A stretch of DNA of 32,000 nucleotides. Origin: Candidatus Caldatribacterium sp. SIUC1 (lineage in GTDB: Bacteria > Atribacterota > Atribacteria > Atribacterales > Caldatribacteriaceae). Position numbers and translations under genes: made by a program. A model generated the notes under the pieces. It was not told the DNA's origin. It saw nothing but the letters and a program-made list of their open reading frames with translations, and ran no database searches. Location: contig NZ_CP189974.1 of assembly GCF_051549785.1 (NCBI RefSeq), positions 1,253,491 through 1,285,490 of the forward strand, given 5' to 3'. This document shows, piece by piece, positions 16,320-26,031 of the stretch (positions within the stretch are counted from its first letter, which is position 1; the number at the start of each line of letters is the position of its first letter).

Positions 16320-17660
16320 GTGGAAAGAAAGAGCGAGAGAGAACTCCGGCGACCCTTTGAGGAATCTCTTCGTCTCCATGCCTTTTACCGGGGGAAAATC
16401 GAAACGCATCTGAAGTGTCCGGTGAGGGGTTACGAGGACTTTGCCCTCTGGTATACTCCGGGAGTGGCCGAGGTCTGCCGTCACATTGAACAGGACCCCG
16501 GTCTCTCCTTTACTTATACGAGCCGCTGGAACACTGTGGCTGTGGTTTCCGACGGTTCACGGGTACTCGGTCTTGGAAATATCGGCCCTGAGGCTGCTCT
16601 GCCTGTCATGGAGGGGAAGGCTCTGCTTTTCCGTTACCTCGGAGGTGTGGATGCCGTTCCTCTGTGTCTGCGAGTTTCAAGTCCTGATGCGCTGGTTGAA
16701 GCGGTGAAGACGCTTGAGCCAAGTTTTGGCGGGGTGAATCTTGAGGACATTGCTCAGCCTGCGTGCTTTTCCATTCTTGAGAGACTTCAGGAAGAGCTGG
16801 AGATCCCGGTGTGGCATGATGACCAGCAGGGCACAGCCCTGGTGGTGCTTGCGGGGCTTTTGGGGGCCCTGGATGTTGTGGGGAAGAAAAGGGAGGATAT
16901 CCGGGTTGCTCTTATTGGAGCAGGAGCATCAAATCTCCGCATTGCTTCGTTGCTCATGAAGGCAGGGGTACGGGGGGAGAACATCGTCCTCTGTGACACA
17001 AAGGGTATCCTCCACCGAGATCGGGAGGATCTCGCAAGGAGCAACCCCTGGAAGTGGCAGTTCTGTCTTGTGACCAACGGGGAGAACCTCAAAGGAGGGA
17101 AAAAGGAGGCCATTGAAGGCCGGGATGTGCTCATTGCGCTTTCAAGTCCTGGTCCCGGGGTCATTGAACCTGAGTGGGTTTCCCGGATGAACAGAGATCC
17201 GGTAGTTTTTGCTTGTGCGAATCCCGTGCCGGAGATCTGGCCCTGGGAAGCCAAGGAATACGGAGCAAGGATTGTGGCTACCGGACGGTCGGATTTCCCA
17301 AATCAAATCAACAACTCCCTTGGTTTTCCGGGTCTTTTTCGGGGTGTTCTGAGCGTCCAGGCTCGAAAGATTACTGACGAGATGTGTCTTGCTGCCGCTT
17401 TTGCGCTGTACCATTTTGCGAAGAGGCGAGGTCTCCACGAGGAGTACATCATTCCGACCATGGACGATTGGGAGGTTTACGTGGAAGAGGCTAAGGCTGT
17501 GGCTTCTGTTGCGGTGGAGCAGGGTCTTGCCCGAAGGCCACGCCGTCCCGAAGAGGTGGAAGAGGAAGCCCGGAGTCTCATTCTCCGGGCCCGGAGGATG
17601 GTGGCCGAGGGGGTTCGAAACGGGACCATTCCTCTCCCCCCTGAAGGTGAGAGTGCGTGA
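16320..17660 (+). CDS. NAD(P)-dependent malic enzyme
   Basis: 'YTPGVAEVCRHIEQDP', 'VSDGSRVLGLGNIGPEAALPVMEGKALLFRYLGGVDAVPLCL', 'PVWHDDQQGTALVVLAGLLGAL', 'RSDFPNQINNSLGFPGLFRGVL'. GTG 16320 with AGGGGG upstream preferred. Confidence 0.9.
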   Translation: MERKSERELRRPFEESLRLHAFYRGKIETHLKCPVRGYEDFALWYTPGVAEVCRHIEQDPGLSFTYTSRWNTVAVVSDGSRVLGLGNIGPEAALPVMEGKALLFRYLGGVDAVPLCLRVSSPDALVEAVKTLEPSFGGVNLEDIAQPACFSILERLQEELEIPVWHDDQQGTALVVLAGLLGALDVVGKKREDIRVALIGAGASNLRIASLLMKAGVRGENIVLCDTKGILHRDREDLARSNPWKWQFCLVTNGENLKGGKKEAIEGRDVLIALSSPGPGVIEPEWVSRMNRDPVVFACANPVPEIWPWEAKEYGARIVATGRSDFPNQINNSLGFPGLFRGVLSVQARKITDEMCLAAAFALYHFAKRRGLHEEYIIPTMDDWEVYVEEAKAVASVAVEQGLARRPRRPEEVEEEARSLILRARRMVAEGVRNGTIPLPPEGESA

Positions 17661-18499
17661 AGGACATCTGGGTTTGCGACGTCGTTGAGGAAGTGAAGAA
17701 CGCCCTTTTGGAGATCAATATAAGAAGCGATGCCGCGCTCCGCCAGAAAATGCTCGACGCCCTGGTCGCTGAGGAGAGTGAAGCGGGGAGGGAGATGCTG
17801 ACCCAGATTCTCGAGAACTACGTGGTGGCCGAGGAACGAAGGCTTCCTCTCTGTCAGGACACGGGAATGGTTATGGCCGAAGTCCGGGTGGGAAGCGAGG
17901 TTTGTCTTCGTGGGGGGAGCCTGCGGCAGGCCCTTGACGAGGCCATCCGGCTGGCTTACCGGGAGGGGTATTTCCGAAAATCCATTATTGCCGATCCCTT
18001 CTTCGGGAAAAACACCCAGGATAATACTCCGGGAGTGTATTTCTTCGAATGGGTGGAGGGGGATTGCCTCGAAATCGACCTCCTGGTAAAGGGAGGGGGA
18101 TGCGACAACATCACTACTTTAGGGATGCTTGAGCCGGGGAGTACCCCTGATGATGTGGAACGATTCATCCTGCGGGAACTTGACAGAAAGGCCGCCCTGG
18201 CCTGCCCACCGCTTGTGGTGGGTGTGGGTATTGGTGGGAATGGGGCTTACGCCCTCTTTTTGGCCTCCCGGGCTCTGAGTCGTCCTCTGGGTTCTTCGCA
18301 TCCAGACCCCCGATATCGGGAATTGGAGAGGAAGTGGTGTGAGGATATCAATCGCCTGGGCATCGGTCCCCAAGGGGTGGGAGGAAGAGTAACCTGTCTT
18401 GAGGTTCGCATTGAGACGTATCCCTGCCATATTGCCAGCTTCCCCGTGGGACTGGTGTGCAGCTGTCACGTTTTCCGCAGGAAAACCCTGAGATGGTGA
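17657..18499 (+). CDS. Class I fumarate hydratase, alpha subunit
   Basis: 'RRLPLCQDTGMVMAEVRVG', 'KSIIADPFFGKNTQDNTPGVYFFEWVEGD', 'KGGGCDNITTLGMLEPG', 'VVGVGIGGNGAYALFLA'; GTGA overlap with the upstream gene. Confidence 0.92.
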   Translation: MKDIWVCDVVEEVKNALLEINIRSDAALRQKMLDALVAEESEAGREMLTQILENYVVAEERRLPLCQDTGMVMAEVRVGSEVCLRGGSLRQALDEAIRLAYREGYFRKSIIADPFFGKNTQDNTPGVYFFEWVEGDCLEIDLLVKGGGCDNITTLGMLEPGSTPDDVERFILRELDRKAALACPPLVVGVGIGGNGAYALFLASRALSRPLGSSHPDPRYRELERKWCEDINRLGIGPQGVGGRVTCLEVRIETYPCHIASFPVGLVCSCHVFRRKTLRW

Positions 18500-19101
18500 G
18501 AACCATGGCGGGGCGAGAATTCATCCTGAAAACTCCCCTGGGTGTTGAGGACATTCTGGCACTTCGTGTTGGCGATCGGGTTTTCTTAAGCGGAGAACTC
18601 TACGTTGCCCGGGATGCAACTCACCGGAGGATGCTCAGCGAGGTTACTCAGGGTAAGGAGCTCCCCTTTCCCGTTCATGGAGCCGTTCTCTACTATGCCG
18701 GACCCACACCACCACCGCCCCATGAGCCTGTGGGGTCCATCGGGCCAACGACGAGCCGACGGATGGACCCCTATCTTGCGTTCTTCCTCGAGCGGGGTTT
18801 GCGGGCTACTATCGGGAAAGGTGAACGGGGAGAAGAGGTGAAACAGCTCCTTGAAAAATACAAGGCGGTGTACTTCATCGCCTGTGGTGGCGCCGGGGCC
18901 TATCTTTCGACCTTTGTGGTGTCCCAGGAGGTTCTGGCCTACGAGGACCTGGGTGCTCAGGCGCTGTTTCGCCTTTTGGTAAAGGACTTCCCCCTCATGG
19001 TGGCCTATGATGCCTTTGGCGGTGACCTCTTTGAGGAGGGGAAAATCCGGTACCGGAGGATTCTCCTGTATCACCGGGAAAATTCGGATAAGGGGGAGTG
19101 A
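18493..19101 (+). CDS. Class I fumarate hydratase, beta subunit
   Basis: 'GDRVFLSGELYVARDATHRRML', 'VHGAVLYYAGPTPPPPHEPVGSIGPTTSRRMDPY', 'VYFIACGGAGAYLS'. Confidence 0.92.
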   Translation: MVRTMAGREFILKTPLGVEDILALRVGDRVFLSGELYVARDATHRRMLSEVTQGKELPFPVHGAVLYYAGPTPPPPHEPVGSIGPTTSRRMDPYLAFFLERGLRATIGKGERGEEVKQLLEKYKAVYFIACGGAGAYLSTFVVSQEVLAYEDLGAQALFRLLVKDFPLMVAYDAFGGDLFEEGKIRYRRILLYHRENSDKGE

Positions 19102-19946
19102 GTATGTTCTGGGAAATCCTTTTTCTCATCCTCTTTCTCAGCGTGTACTTTCCAGCGCTTCAGCAGAAAATTCTCGAACAGCGACGGATCATCATGATCC
19201 GGGAATTCGAGAGAAAACGTCGCTCACGGGTCATCGTGCTCATCCACCGTCAGGAATCGGTGAGTTTCCTGGGTCTTCCCATTGCCCGCTATATCAGCAT
19301 TGAGGACTCAGAGCGGGTGCTTCGGGCCATCCGCATGACGCCCCCCGATATGCCCATTGACCTTATCCTTCACACCCCTGGAGGGCTGGTGCTCGCTGCT
19401 GAGCAGATTGCCTGGGCCATCAAACGGCATCCTGCAAAGGTCACGGTTTTTGTTCCCCACTACGCCATGTCCGGAGGAACGCTTATTGCCCTTGCGGCAG
19501 ACGAAATCGTCATGGATCCCAACGCCGTTCTGGGCCCTGTGGATCCCCAAATCACCACTGCCCGTGGACAGTATCCCGCAGCGTCAATCCTTCGGGCGCT
19601 TGAAGAACCCAACCCGAATCGGGATGACGAGACGCTTATTCTCGGCGATATCGCCCGAAAAGCCATCCGTCAGGTGTACCAAGTGGTCTTCGACCTCGTG
19701 CGGGACAAGATGCCCGAGGAGAGAGCAAGAGAACTTGCCCAGGTGCTTTCTGAGGGAAGGTGGACTCACGATTTCCCCATCACTCCTGAGATAGCAAGGA
19801 ATCTGGGCCTTCCGGTGCAGGAGGGCCTTCCGGAGGAAATCTACGAGCTCATGGAGCTTTACCCGCAGCCGCCCCAGCAACGCCCCACGGTTGAATACGT
19901 TCCTCTACCTTACCGACCGTACCGTCGACCGGCGGCCAAGGAGTGA
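19098..19946 (+). CDS. Membrane-anchored SDH-type/ClpP-fold serine proteinase family protein
   Basis: N-terminal TM; 'MPIDLILHTPGGLVLAAEQIAWAIKRHPAKVTVFVPHYAMSGGTLIALAADEIVMDPNAVLGPVDPQI'. Confidence 0.85.
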   Translation: MSMFWEILFLILFLSVYFPALQQKILEQRRIIMIREFERKRRSRVIVLIHRQESVSFLGLPIARYISIEDSERVLRAIRMTPPDMPIDLILHTPGGLVLAAEQIAWAIKRHPAKVTVFVPHYAMSGGTLIALAADEIVMDPNAVLGPVDPQITTARGQYPAASILRALEEPNPNRDDETLILGDIARKAIRQVYQVVFDLVRDKMPEERARELAQVLSEGRWTHDFPITPEIARNLGLPVQEGLPEEIYELMELYPQPPQQRPTVEYVPLPYRPYRRPAAKE

Positions 19947-19959
19947 AAGGAGTGCATCT

Positions 19960-22104
19960 ATGGGGAAGAAGCTCGTCATTACGGAGAAACCCAGCGTGGC
20001 ACGGGATATCGCCAGGGCGCTGGGGAAGTTCACGGACCACAGGGAATATCTTGAAAATGCGGAGTACATCATCACCTGGGCGGTGGGACACCTCGTCGGT
20101 CTTGCCGAGCCCGAAGACTACGACGACCGTTTCAGAAAATGGGACCTTGAGCTTTTGCCCATTATCCCGGAAGTTTTTAAGCTGAAGCCTCTTGAGAAAA
20201 CGGAAAAGCGCCTTGAAGTTATCAAAATGCTCTCCGAAAGAGAGGACACCGATGCGCTGGTGAATGCCTGTGATGCGGGACGGGAGGGGGAGCTGATTTT
20301 CCGCTATATTTACGAGTTCCTCGGCCTGAAAAAGCCGGTGTTTCGTCTCTGGCTCTCCTCGATGACGAAAGAGGCAATTCAAGAAGCCTTTGCCCGGCTC
20401 AGGCCGGCTTCGGAATACGAGCTCCTCGCTCAGGCAGCCAAGTGCCGCTCTGAAGGAGATTGGCTCGTGGGCATCAACGGAAGCCGGGCTTTCACAAGCC
20501 GTTACAAGATTCTCCTTTCCGTTGGAAGGGTCCAGACCCCGACTCTGGCCATCCTGGTCCACCGGGAGCGGGAGATTCAAAACTTCCGTCCCACCCCCTA
20601 CTTTGAGGTTTTTGCCCGTTTCCGGTATGGGGACCTCACGTATGTGGGGAAGTGGCGGGGAGGCGAGGACGACCGTCTTTTCGACAAAGACGAGGCAGAA
20701 AAGGTTGTGGCTGGGGTTTTGGGGAAGCGGGGGAAGGTCGAAGAGTTCTCCGAGCACAAAACCCAGGAAGCCCATCCCCTGCTGTACGATCTCACTGAAC
20801 TCCAGCGGGATGCTAACAAGCTCTTCGGGTATTCGGCACAGAGAACCCTTGATATTGCCCAGAGGCTCTATGAGCACTACAAGCTCATCACGTATCCCCG
20901 GACGGACTCCCGTTACCTCTCCGAAGACCTTCTGGGCCAGGTGGAAAGAAGCGTTGCCATGCTCACTCGGTGTGGGTTTGCCGAGTTTGCCAGAGATCTT
21001 CCGCTCCGTGAGGCCCTCAGGGACCGGCGTGTTTTTGACCGAAGCAAGGTCACGGATCACCACGCTATCATCCCCACGGGAGAGGAAATCCGCTGGGAAG
21101 CGCTGAAGGAAGGAGAGCGAAAGGTTCTGGATCTCATCGTGCGCCGTTTCCTGGCGGTTTTCCATCCCCCGGCGGTCTGGATGCACCGGACGATCAGGAC
21201 CAGGGTGGAGGGGGAAACCTTCCTGAGCAAGGCCAGGGTTCTCGCCGAGCCGGGGTGGCGAGTGCTCTATCCCAGGGAAGAGGAGGAGTTTCTCCCTGTT
21301 GTCCCTCGGGGAGAAGAGGTGGATGTTGTGGAGGCCTGGAATGAAGAAAAGGAGACTAAAGCTCCTCCAAGGTACACCGAGGCCGCGCTTCTTGCAGCCA
21401 TGGAAGGGGCTGGGCGTTTTGTTGAGGACGAGGAACTTCGGGAAATACTGAAGGAAAGCGGCATTGGAACGCCGGCGACCCGGGCGGCCATTATCGAACG
21501 TCTCATCGAAGTCGGGTATGTGGAGCGAGAGGGAAAGACCCTCATTCCCACTCCCAAGGGCATGGAGCTTGTGAGCCTTGTAGAGAGCATTCCCATCCCG
21601 GAACTCGCCTCACCTCAGCTTACAGGTGAGTGGGAGAAGAAACTCAATCTCATCCAGAAAGGGCAGTTTACCCGGGAGCTCTTCATGGAGGGTATCAAGA
21701 GTTTGACCTGGGAAATTGTCGCCAAGGTCAAAGCCCAGAATCTGGAAGACGTTCGGGAAGCAAAAAGCCGCATGGTGGCCTCAAGGTACCCTCTGGGTCC
21801 CTGCCCGCTCTGCGGTGCCCCGGTGTACGAAAGTAAAGTCGCTTTCAGCTGTTCCCGATGGAAAGAAGGCTGTCCTTTCACGGTGTGGAAGACCATTTCG
21901 GGGAAGAAAATCTCCCGCCAGCAGGTCCAGAAACTCCTGGCAAGCGGCCGAACGGACAGACTTTCGGGTTTCCGTTCCCGAAAGGGGAAAAGGTTCTCCG
22001 CAGTGCTTGTTCTTTCCGAAGACGGCAAGGTGGCATTTGCGTTTCCTCATGTGCCCTCTAAGGTACGAGCTGAAAGAGAAGATGGCGAGGATAAGGGAGA
22101 TTGA
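19960..22104 (+). CDS. topB: Type IA DNA topoisomerase (topoisomerase III-like)
   Basis: 'KLVITEKPSVARDIARALG', Toprim 'ALVNACDAGREGELIFRYIYEF', catalytic Tyr 'LITYPRTDSRYLSEDL', C-terminal zinc ribbon 'CPLCGAPVYESKVAFSCSRWKEGCPF'. Start at ATG 19960. Confidence 0.9.
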   Translation: MGKKLVITEKPSVARDIARALGKFTDHREYLENAEYIITWAVGHLVGLAEPEDYDDRFRKWDLELLPIIPEVFKLKPLEKTEKRLEVIKMLSEREDTDALVNACDAGREGELIFRYIYEFLGLKKPVFRLWLSSMTKEAIQEAFARLRPASEYELLAQAAKCRSEGDWLVGINGSRAFTSRYKILLSVGRVQTPTLAILVHREREIQNFRPTPYFEVFARFRYGDLTYVGKWRGGEDDRLFDKDEAEKVVAGVLGKRGKVEEFSEHKTQEAHPLLYDLTELQRDANKLFGYSAQRTLDIAQRLYEHYKLITYPRTDSRYLSEDLLGQVERSVAMLTRCGFAEFARDLPLREALRDRRVFDRSKVTDHHAIIPTGEEIRWEALKEGERKVLDLIVRRFLAVFHPPAVWMHRTIRTRVEGETFLSKARVLAEPGWRVLYPREEEEFLPVVPRGEEVDVVEAWNEEKETKAPPRYTEAALLAAMEGAGRFVEDEELREILKESGIGTPATRAAIIERLIEVGYVEREGKTLIPTPKGMELVSLVESIPIPELASPQLTGEWEKKLNLIQKGQFTRELFMEGIKSLTWEIVAKVKAQNLEDVREAKSRMVASRYPLGPCPLCGAPVYESKVAFSCSRWKEGCPFTVWKTISGKKISRQQVQKLLASGRTDRLSGFRSRKGKRFSAVLVLSEDGKVAFAFPHVPSKVRAEREDGEDKGD

Positions 22105-22105
22105 G

Positions 22106-22111
22106 TATAAT
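22106..22111 (+). promoter_or_regulatory. Perfect -10 hexamer TATAAT upstream of murA
   Basis: TATAAT immediately after the topB stop codon (22102-22104); weak -35 candidate TGGCGA at 22083-22088 (17-nt spacer). Confidence 0.45.
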
Positions 22112-22121
22112 TAGCGTGGAT

Positions 22122-23411
22122 ATGGACGGGCAAAAAGACCAGACCGAAGTGAGAGAGTACTTTCGTATTCACGGTCTTCAGCCTCTTAGGGGGAGTGTAA
22201 CCGTCGGGGGTTCGAAGAACGCAGCACTGCCTATCCTTGCTGCAACGCTTTTGAGCAGCACTCCCTCCGTTATTCACAATGTCCCGGATCTCCTTGACGT
22301 TCGCACCATGGTGATGGTCCTCGAAAGCCTTGGAGCCGGCGTTGAGCGCATCGGGAAACATTCCTACCGCATTTTCCCCGTCACCATTTCCCGCTTTGAG
22401 CCTCCTTACGAGCTCATCCGGAAAATGCGGGCGTCGTTTCTCGTCACCGGGCCCCTGATCTCCCGACTGGGTAAGGCGCAGGTTCCGCTCCCCGGGGGAT
22501 GCGCCATTGGGTCTCGTCCCATCGACCTGCACCTTAAGGGGTTCGCCCACCTTGGAGTGGACGTTTCCATGCGTTCCGGGTACATCGAGGCGTGGGCCCA
22601 GAAGCTCCATGGGGGCGAGGTGTACTTTGATTTTCCAAGTGTCGGAGCCACAGAGAACGTGATGATGCTTGCGGCAACCATTGAGGACGAGACAATCATC
22701 GCCAATGCCGCCCGGGAACCCGAGGTGGTAGACCTTGCCCGCTTTCTCACGTTGATGGGGGCCTCCATTGAGGGAGCGGGAACAGACACCATTGTTGTCC
22801 GGGGAAAGAAGGACCTTCAGGGGTGCGAATACACCATCATGAACGACCGTATTGAGGCCGGAACGTTCTGTGTCGCCGCTGCTATCACCCGGGGAGACGT
22901 TACGGTGCACGGCGTGGAAACCTCCCTTCTCAGGTCTGTTCTCACGAAGCTTGAGGAAGTCGGTGCACAGGTTGAGAAGGTCGGTGAAGACGCTGTTCGG
23001 GTGGTGATGTTTGAACGTCCCAGACCCACGAATATCAAGACCATGCCCTATCCGGGTTTTCCGACGGACATGCAGGCGCAGTTCATGTCGCTTTTGTGTC
23101 TTGCTGATGGGGTGAGCGTCATCACTGAGACGGTTTTTGAGAGCCGCTTTGCCCATGTTGGGGAACTAGAACGCATGGGAGCAAAGGTTCAGGTGGAGGG
23201 ACGGAGCGCAGTGGTGGTGGGAGTGGAGAAGCTTACCGGTGCCCGGGTGACGGCCACGGACCTTCGGGCAGGAGCGGCCCTTGTTCTTGCAGGTCTTGCT
23301 GCAGAAGGCGTGACCGAAGTCAACGGGATTCACCATATTGACCGGGGCTATGAGGACCTCGAGGTGAAGCTCCAATCCCTGGGAGCGTTTATCGAACGAG
23401 TGCGAGGGTGA
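22122..23411 (+). CDS. murA: UDP-N-acetylglucosamine 1-carboxyvinyltransferase
   Basis: '[21 protein letters not shown]', '[23 protein letters not shown]' (Cys of the active site), '[23 protein letters not shown]...[14 protein letters not shown]'. The track start (TTG 22101) overlaps the -10; start uncertain among 22116, 22122 and 22149. Confidence 0.93.
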   Translation: MDGQKDQTEVREYFRIHGLQPLRGSVTVGGSKNAALPILAATLLSSTPSVIHNVPDLLDVRTMVMVLESLGAGVERIGKHSYRIFPVTISRFEPPYELIRKMRASFLVTGPLISRLGKAQVPLPGGCAIGSRPIDLHLKGFAHLGVDVSMRSGYIEAWAQKLHGGEVYFDFPSVGATENVMMLAATIEDETIIANAAREPEVVDLARFLTLMGASIEGAGTDTIVVRGKKDLQGCEYTIMNDRIEAGTFCVAAAITRGDVTVHGVETSLLRSVLTKLEEVGAQVEKVGEDAVRVVMFERPRPTNIKTMPYPGFPTDMQAQFMSLLCLADGVSVITETVFESRFAHVGELERMGAKVQVEGRSAVVVGVEKLTGARVTATDLRAGAALVLAGLAAEGVTEVNGIHHIDRGYEDLEVKLQSLGAFIERVRG

Positions 23412-23427
23412 ACGGGAGGAATCCTGT

Positions 23428-24444
23428 ATGTGGAATAAACGATTGGGGATTGACCTTGGCACGGCAACGACGCTCATTTACCTCCATGGACGGGGGATTG
23501 TGCTCAACGAACCTTCGGTTGTGGCCATTGCCAAAGACTCCAATCAGATTCTCGCGGTGGGAAAAGAAGCCTGGGAGATGATTGGGAAGACCCCGGAACA
23601 CATTGTGGCCCACCGTCCCCTACGCGATGGAGTGATCAGCGATTACGAGATCACCCGGAAGATGCTGGCCTACTTCATCCAGCGGGTATGCGGGCGAAGT
23701 CTTTTCAAGCCTGATGTCGTGGTCTGCGTTCCCTCAGGAGGTACCGAGGTTGAAAAGCGAGCAGTGCTCGATGCAGCGTACCACGCGGGAGCCCGTAAGG
23801 CGTACCTCATTGAGGAGCCTATGGCAGCGGCTCTGGGGGCTGGCCTCGACATCACGGGCCCTTCAGGGAATATGGTGATTGATATTGGAGGAGGGACCAC
23901 GGATGTTGCTGTACTCTCCCTGGGGGGGATTGTGGTCAGCCAGTCCGTGCGGGTGGCAGGGGATAAGATGGACGAGGCCATTATCCGTCACCTCAGGAAA
24001 AAGTTCAATCTCCTTATCGGTGAGAAAACTGCGGAGATGATTAAGATTGAGATCGGGTGGGCTGTGCCCCCTCCGGAGGATAAGGTAGTCCGCGTCAAGG
24101 GGCGGGACCTTGTCTCGGGACTTCCCAAAGAGATTCTCCTCAGCGCTTCAGAGGTCTACAAATGCCTCACCGAACCCCTCTCATACATTGTCGAGGCAGC
24201 ACGGATGGTACTCGAGCATACACCTCCTGAGCTTGCTGCCGATATTGGAGAAAAGGGTATCTGCCTCACCGGGGGAGGATCGCTCCTTCGGGGCATTGAT
24301 GAGATGCTGGCCAAGGCTCTGGGAACTCCTGTGTACGTTGCCGAGGATCCGGTGTCCTGTGTTGCTCTCGGGGCAGGAAAGGTTCTCGATTACCTGAAGT
24401 TTCTCCGAAACGGCTTTCTCTATACCAAGGGGAGGAATGCATAG
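23428..24444 (+). CDS. mreB: Rod shape-determining protein MreB
   Basis: 'RLGIDLGTATTLIYLHGRGIVLNEPSVVAI', 'VVCVPSGGTEVEKRAV', 'NMVIDIGGGTTDVAVLSLGGIV', 'GICLTGGGSLLRGIDEML'. Confidence 0.95.
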   Translation: MWNKRLGIDLGTATTLIYLHGRGIVLNEPSVVAIAKDSNQILAVGKEAWEMIGKTPEHIVAHRPLRDGVISDYEITRKMLAYFIQRVCGRSLFKPDVVVCVPSGGTEVEKRAVLDAAYHAGARKAYLIEEPMAAALGAGLDITGPSGNMVIDIGGGTTDVAVLSLGGIVVSQSVRVAGDKMDEAIIRHLRKKFNLLIGEKTAEMIKIEIGWAVPPPEDKVVRVKGRDLVSGLPKEILLSASEVYKCLTEPLSYIVEAARMVLEHTPPELAADIGEKGICLTGGGSLLRGIDEMLAKALGTPVYVAEDPVSCVALGAGKVLDYLKFLRNGFLYTKGRNA

Positions 24445-24447
24445 CTT

Positions 24448-26031
24448 TTGTGGTGGCGTAGAGTCCTCCTGATTTTCTGGGTTCTGGGCCTTGTCCTCTG
24501 TGCTCTTCCGGTCTGGGGTGGGGAGATTTCCATTTTCCCCTTTTCGGCGATCCGTAAAGGTATGAAGGCCACCGGGAAGACGGTTCTGTACGGAACAGAG
24601 GTGCAGGAGTTTTCTCTCGAGGTCATCGATGTTGTGCAGGCGAAGGACATCACAGACAGCTACTTTGTTGTCCTCGTCACCGACGAGAAAATTCGCAGCC
24701 TGGGGGGTATCCTCGCCGGGATGAGCGGAAGCCCGGTATATATCCGGGGGAAGATTGCAGGAGCGCTCTCTCACAGCTTCGAGACACAGGATCACCTCGT
24801 GGGTGTCGTTACGCCCATTGAGGCCATGCTCAAAATATGGAAAGAGGAGGAAGTACTTGCTCCCCTTGGGAAAGAGACATCGGTGGTGTTCTGTTTTGGA
24901 ATGGGCGATAGGGCGTGGTCTCGCCTGAGGGAGCGCCTTGGGGAAACGTACGCTTTGAGGAAGGTGCTCGCTTTTCCACGTCTTTTCCCGGGGAGGTCCG
25001 AGAAGCAGGCGGCTCCTCTTGAGCCCGGGAGCGCCATAGGGGTGCAGCTCGTGACTGGGGATGCAGAGATTGTGAGTATTGGGACTCTGACTTTGCGGGA
25101 TGGGGATCGGTTCCTGGCGCTCGGACATCCCTTTCTCCACCGGGGGAAGGCGCAGTATTTTCTCTCCTCGGTGTACGTGAATTTCAGTCTGAAGGGAGAT
25201 GAGTTCCCCTTCAAGGTGGGAACGCCCATCGAAATTGTGGGTGTGGTAGAGGAGGATCGTAGCGTCGGCATAGCAGGGCGGTTTGGGGTTTTCCCGAAGA
25301 CAACGGAAGTTACCATAGGGGTAAAGGAGGGGACAAGGAGGCGGGATTTTCACTTCTCGGCGGTTCAGGAAGAGGACATTCTCGTGGATTTCCTCCCCGA
25401 GCTTCTCCTTGACGCCATTGATCGGACCATCGACCGCCAGTCTCCAGGAAGTGTTGATCTGAAGTTCCGGATAACGGGAGAAAATCTCAACCTTGAAGAT
25501 GAATTTTTCTGGGTCAGTGAACCGGATGTCGCGACTTTTGCCTCGAACACGTTTCGCCGGGTACTCGAGGCATTCCTGAAGAATCCCTATCAGCCGGTGA
25601 ACGTAGCAGAAATCGCTCTTGAGGTCGAGGTATTTCCTGAAGTCCAGCGAGGATGGATTCTCTCTTGCGATTTCCCTCGGATTGTGAAGCGGGGTGAAGT
25701 TGCCGCAGGAAAGGCTACGGTGTTCCTGTATCGCCAGGGCATACGGGATGTTTCCCTCCAGGTGACTGTGCCTTCTGACTTTGCCCCGGGTGAGGCGGAG
25801 ATCGTAGTTCGGGGGAGAGGAAGGAGTAGCGGGGAGTCCCAGGAGGGGACGTTTACCGTGGATTTTCAGGAGTACCTCAATCAGAGGCTTGACGAGCTTC
25901 GGAGTGACGGTGTGGACCTTGAGATTCTCGCCAAAGGTAGCATTCCCCAAAAGACCACCTATACCAGGACCCATGTGTTTCTTCCATTTGTGCTTGAAGG
26001 AGATGCTTCGAGCAAGGTATGGGTAAACTGA
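24448..26031 (+). CDS. SpoIVB/S55-type serine peptidase domain protein
   Basis: Signal peptide-like N-terminus; 'KIRSLGGILAGMSGSPVYIRGKIAGALSHSFETQDHLVGVVTPIEAML' S55 signature around the catalytic Ser. Confidence 0.8.
   Translation: MWWRRVLLIFWVLGLVLCALPVWGGEISIFPFSAIRKGMKATGKTVLYGTEVQEFSLEVIDVVQAKDITDSYFVVLVTDEKIRSLGGILAGMSGSPVYIRGKIAGALSHSFETQDHLVGVVTPIEAMLKIWKEEEVLAPLGKETSVVFCFGMGDRAWSRLRERLGETYALRKVLAFPRLFPGRSEKQAAPLEPGSAIGVQLVTGDAEIVSIGTLTLRDGDRFLALGHPFLHRGKAQYFLSSVYVNFSLKGDEFPFKVGTPIEIVGVVEEDRSVGIAGRFGVFPKTTEVTIGVKEGTRRRDFHFSAVQEEDILVDFLPELLLDAIDRTIDRQSPGSVDLKFRITGENLNLEDEFFWVSEPDVATFASNTFRRVLEAFLKNPYQPVNVAEIALEVEVFPEVQRGWILSCDFPRIVKRGEVAAGKATVFLYRQGIRDVSLQVTVPSDFAPGEAEIVVRGRGRSSGESQEGTFTVDFQEYLNQRLDELRSDGVDLEILAKGSIPQKTTYTRTHVFLPFVLEGDASSKVWVN

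Noticed and set aside
19849-21186. 445-aa minus-strand ORF
   Set aside because: Antisense to topB, which has Toprim and catalytic Tyr motifs; no recognisable domain on the opposite strand.
22047-23156. 369-aa minus-strand ORF
   Set aside because: Antisense to murA; shadow ORF.
24181-25974. 597-aa minus-strand ORF
   Set aside because: Antisense to mreB and the S55 gene; composition (His/Pro/Arg-rich) is typical of a shadow frame and shows no domain motif.
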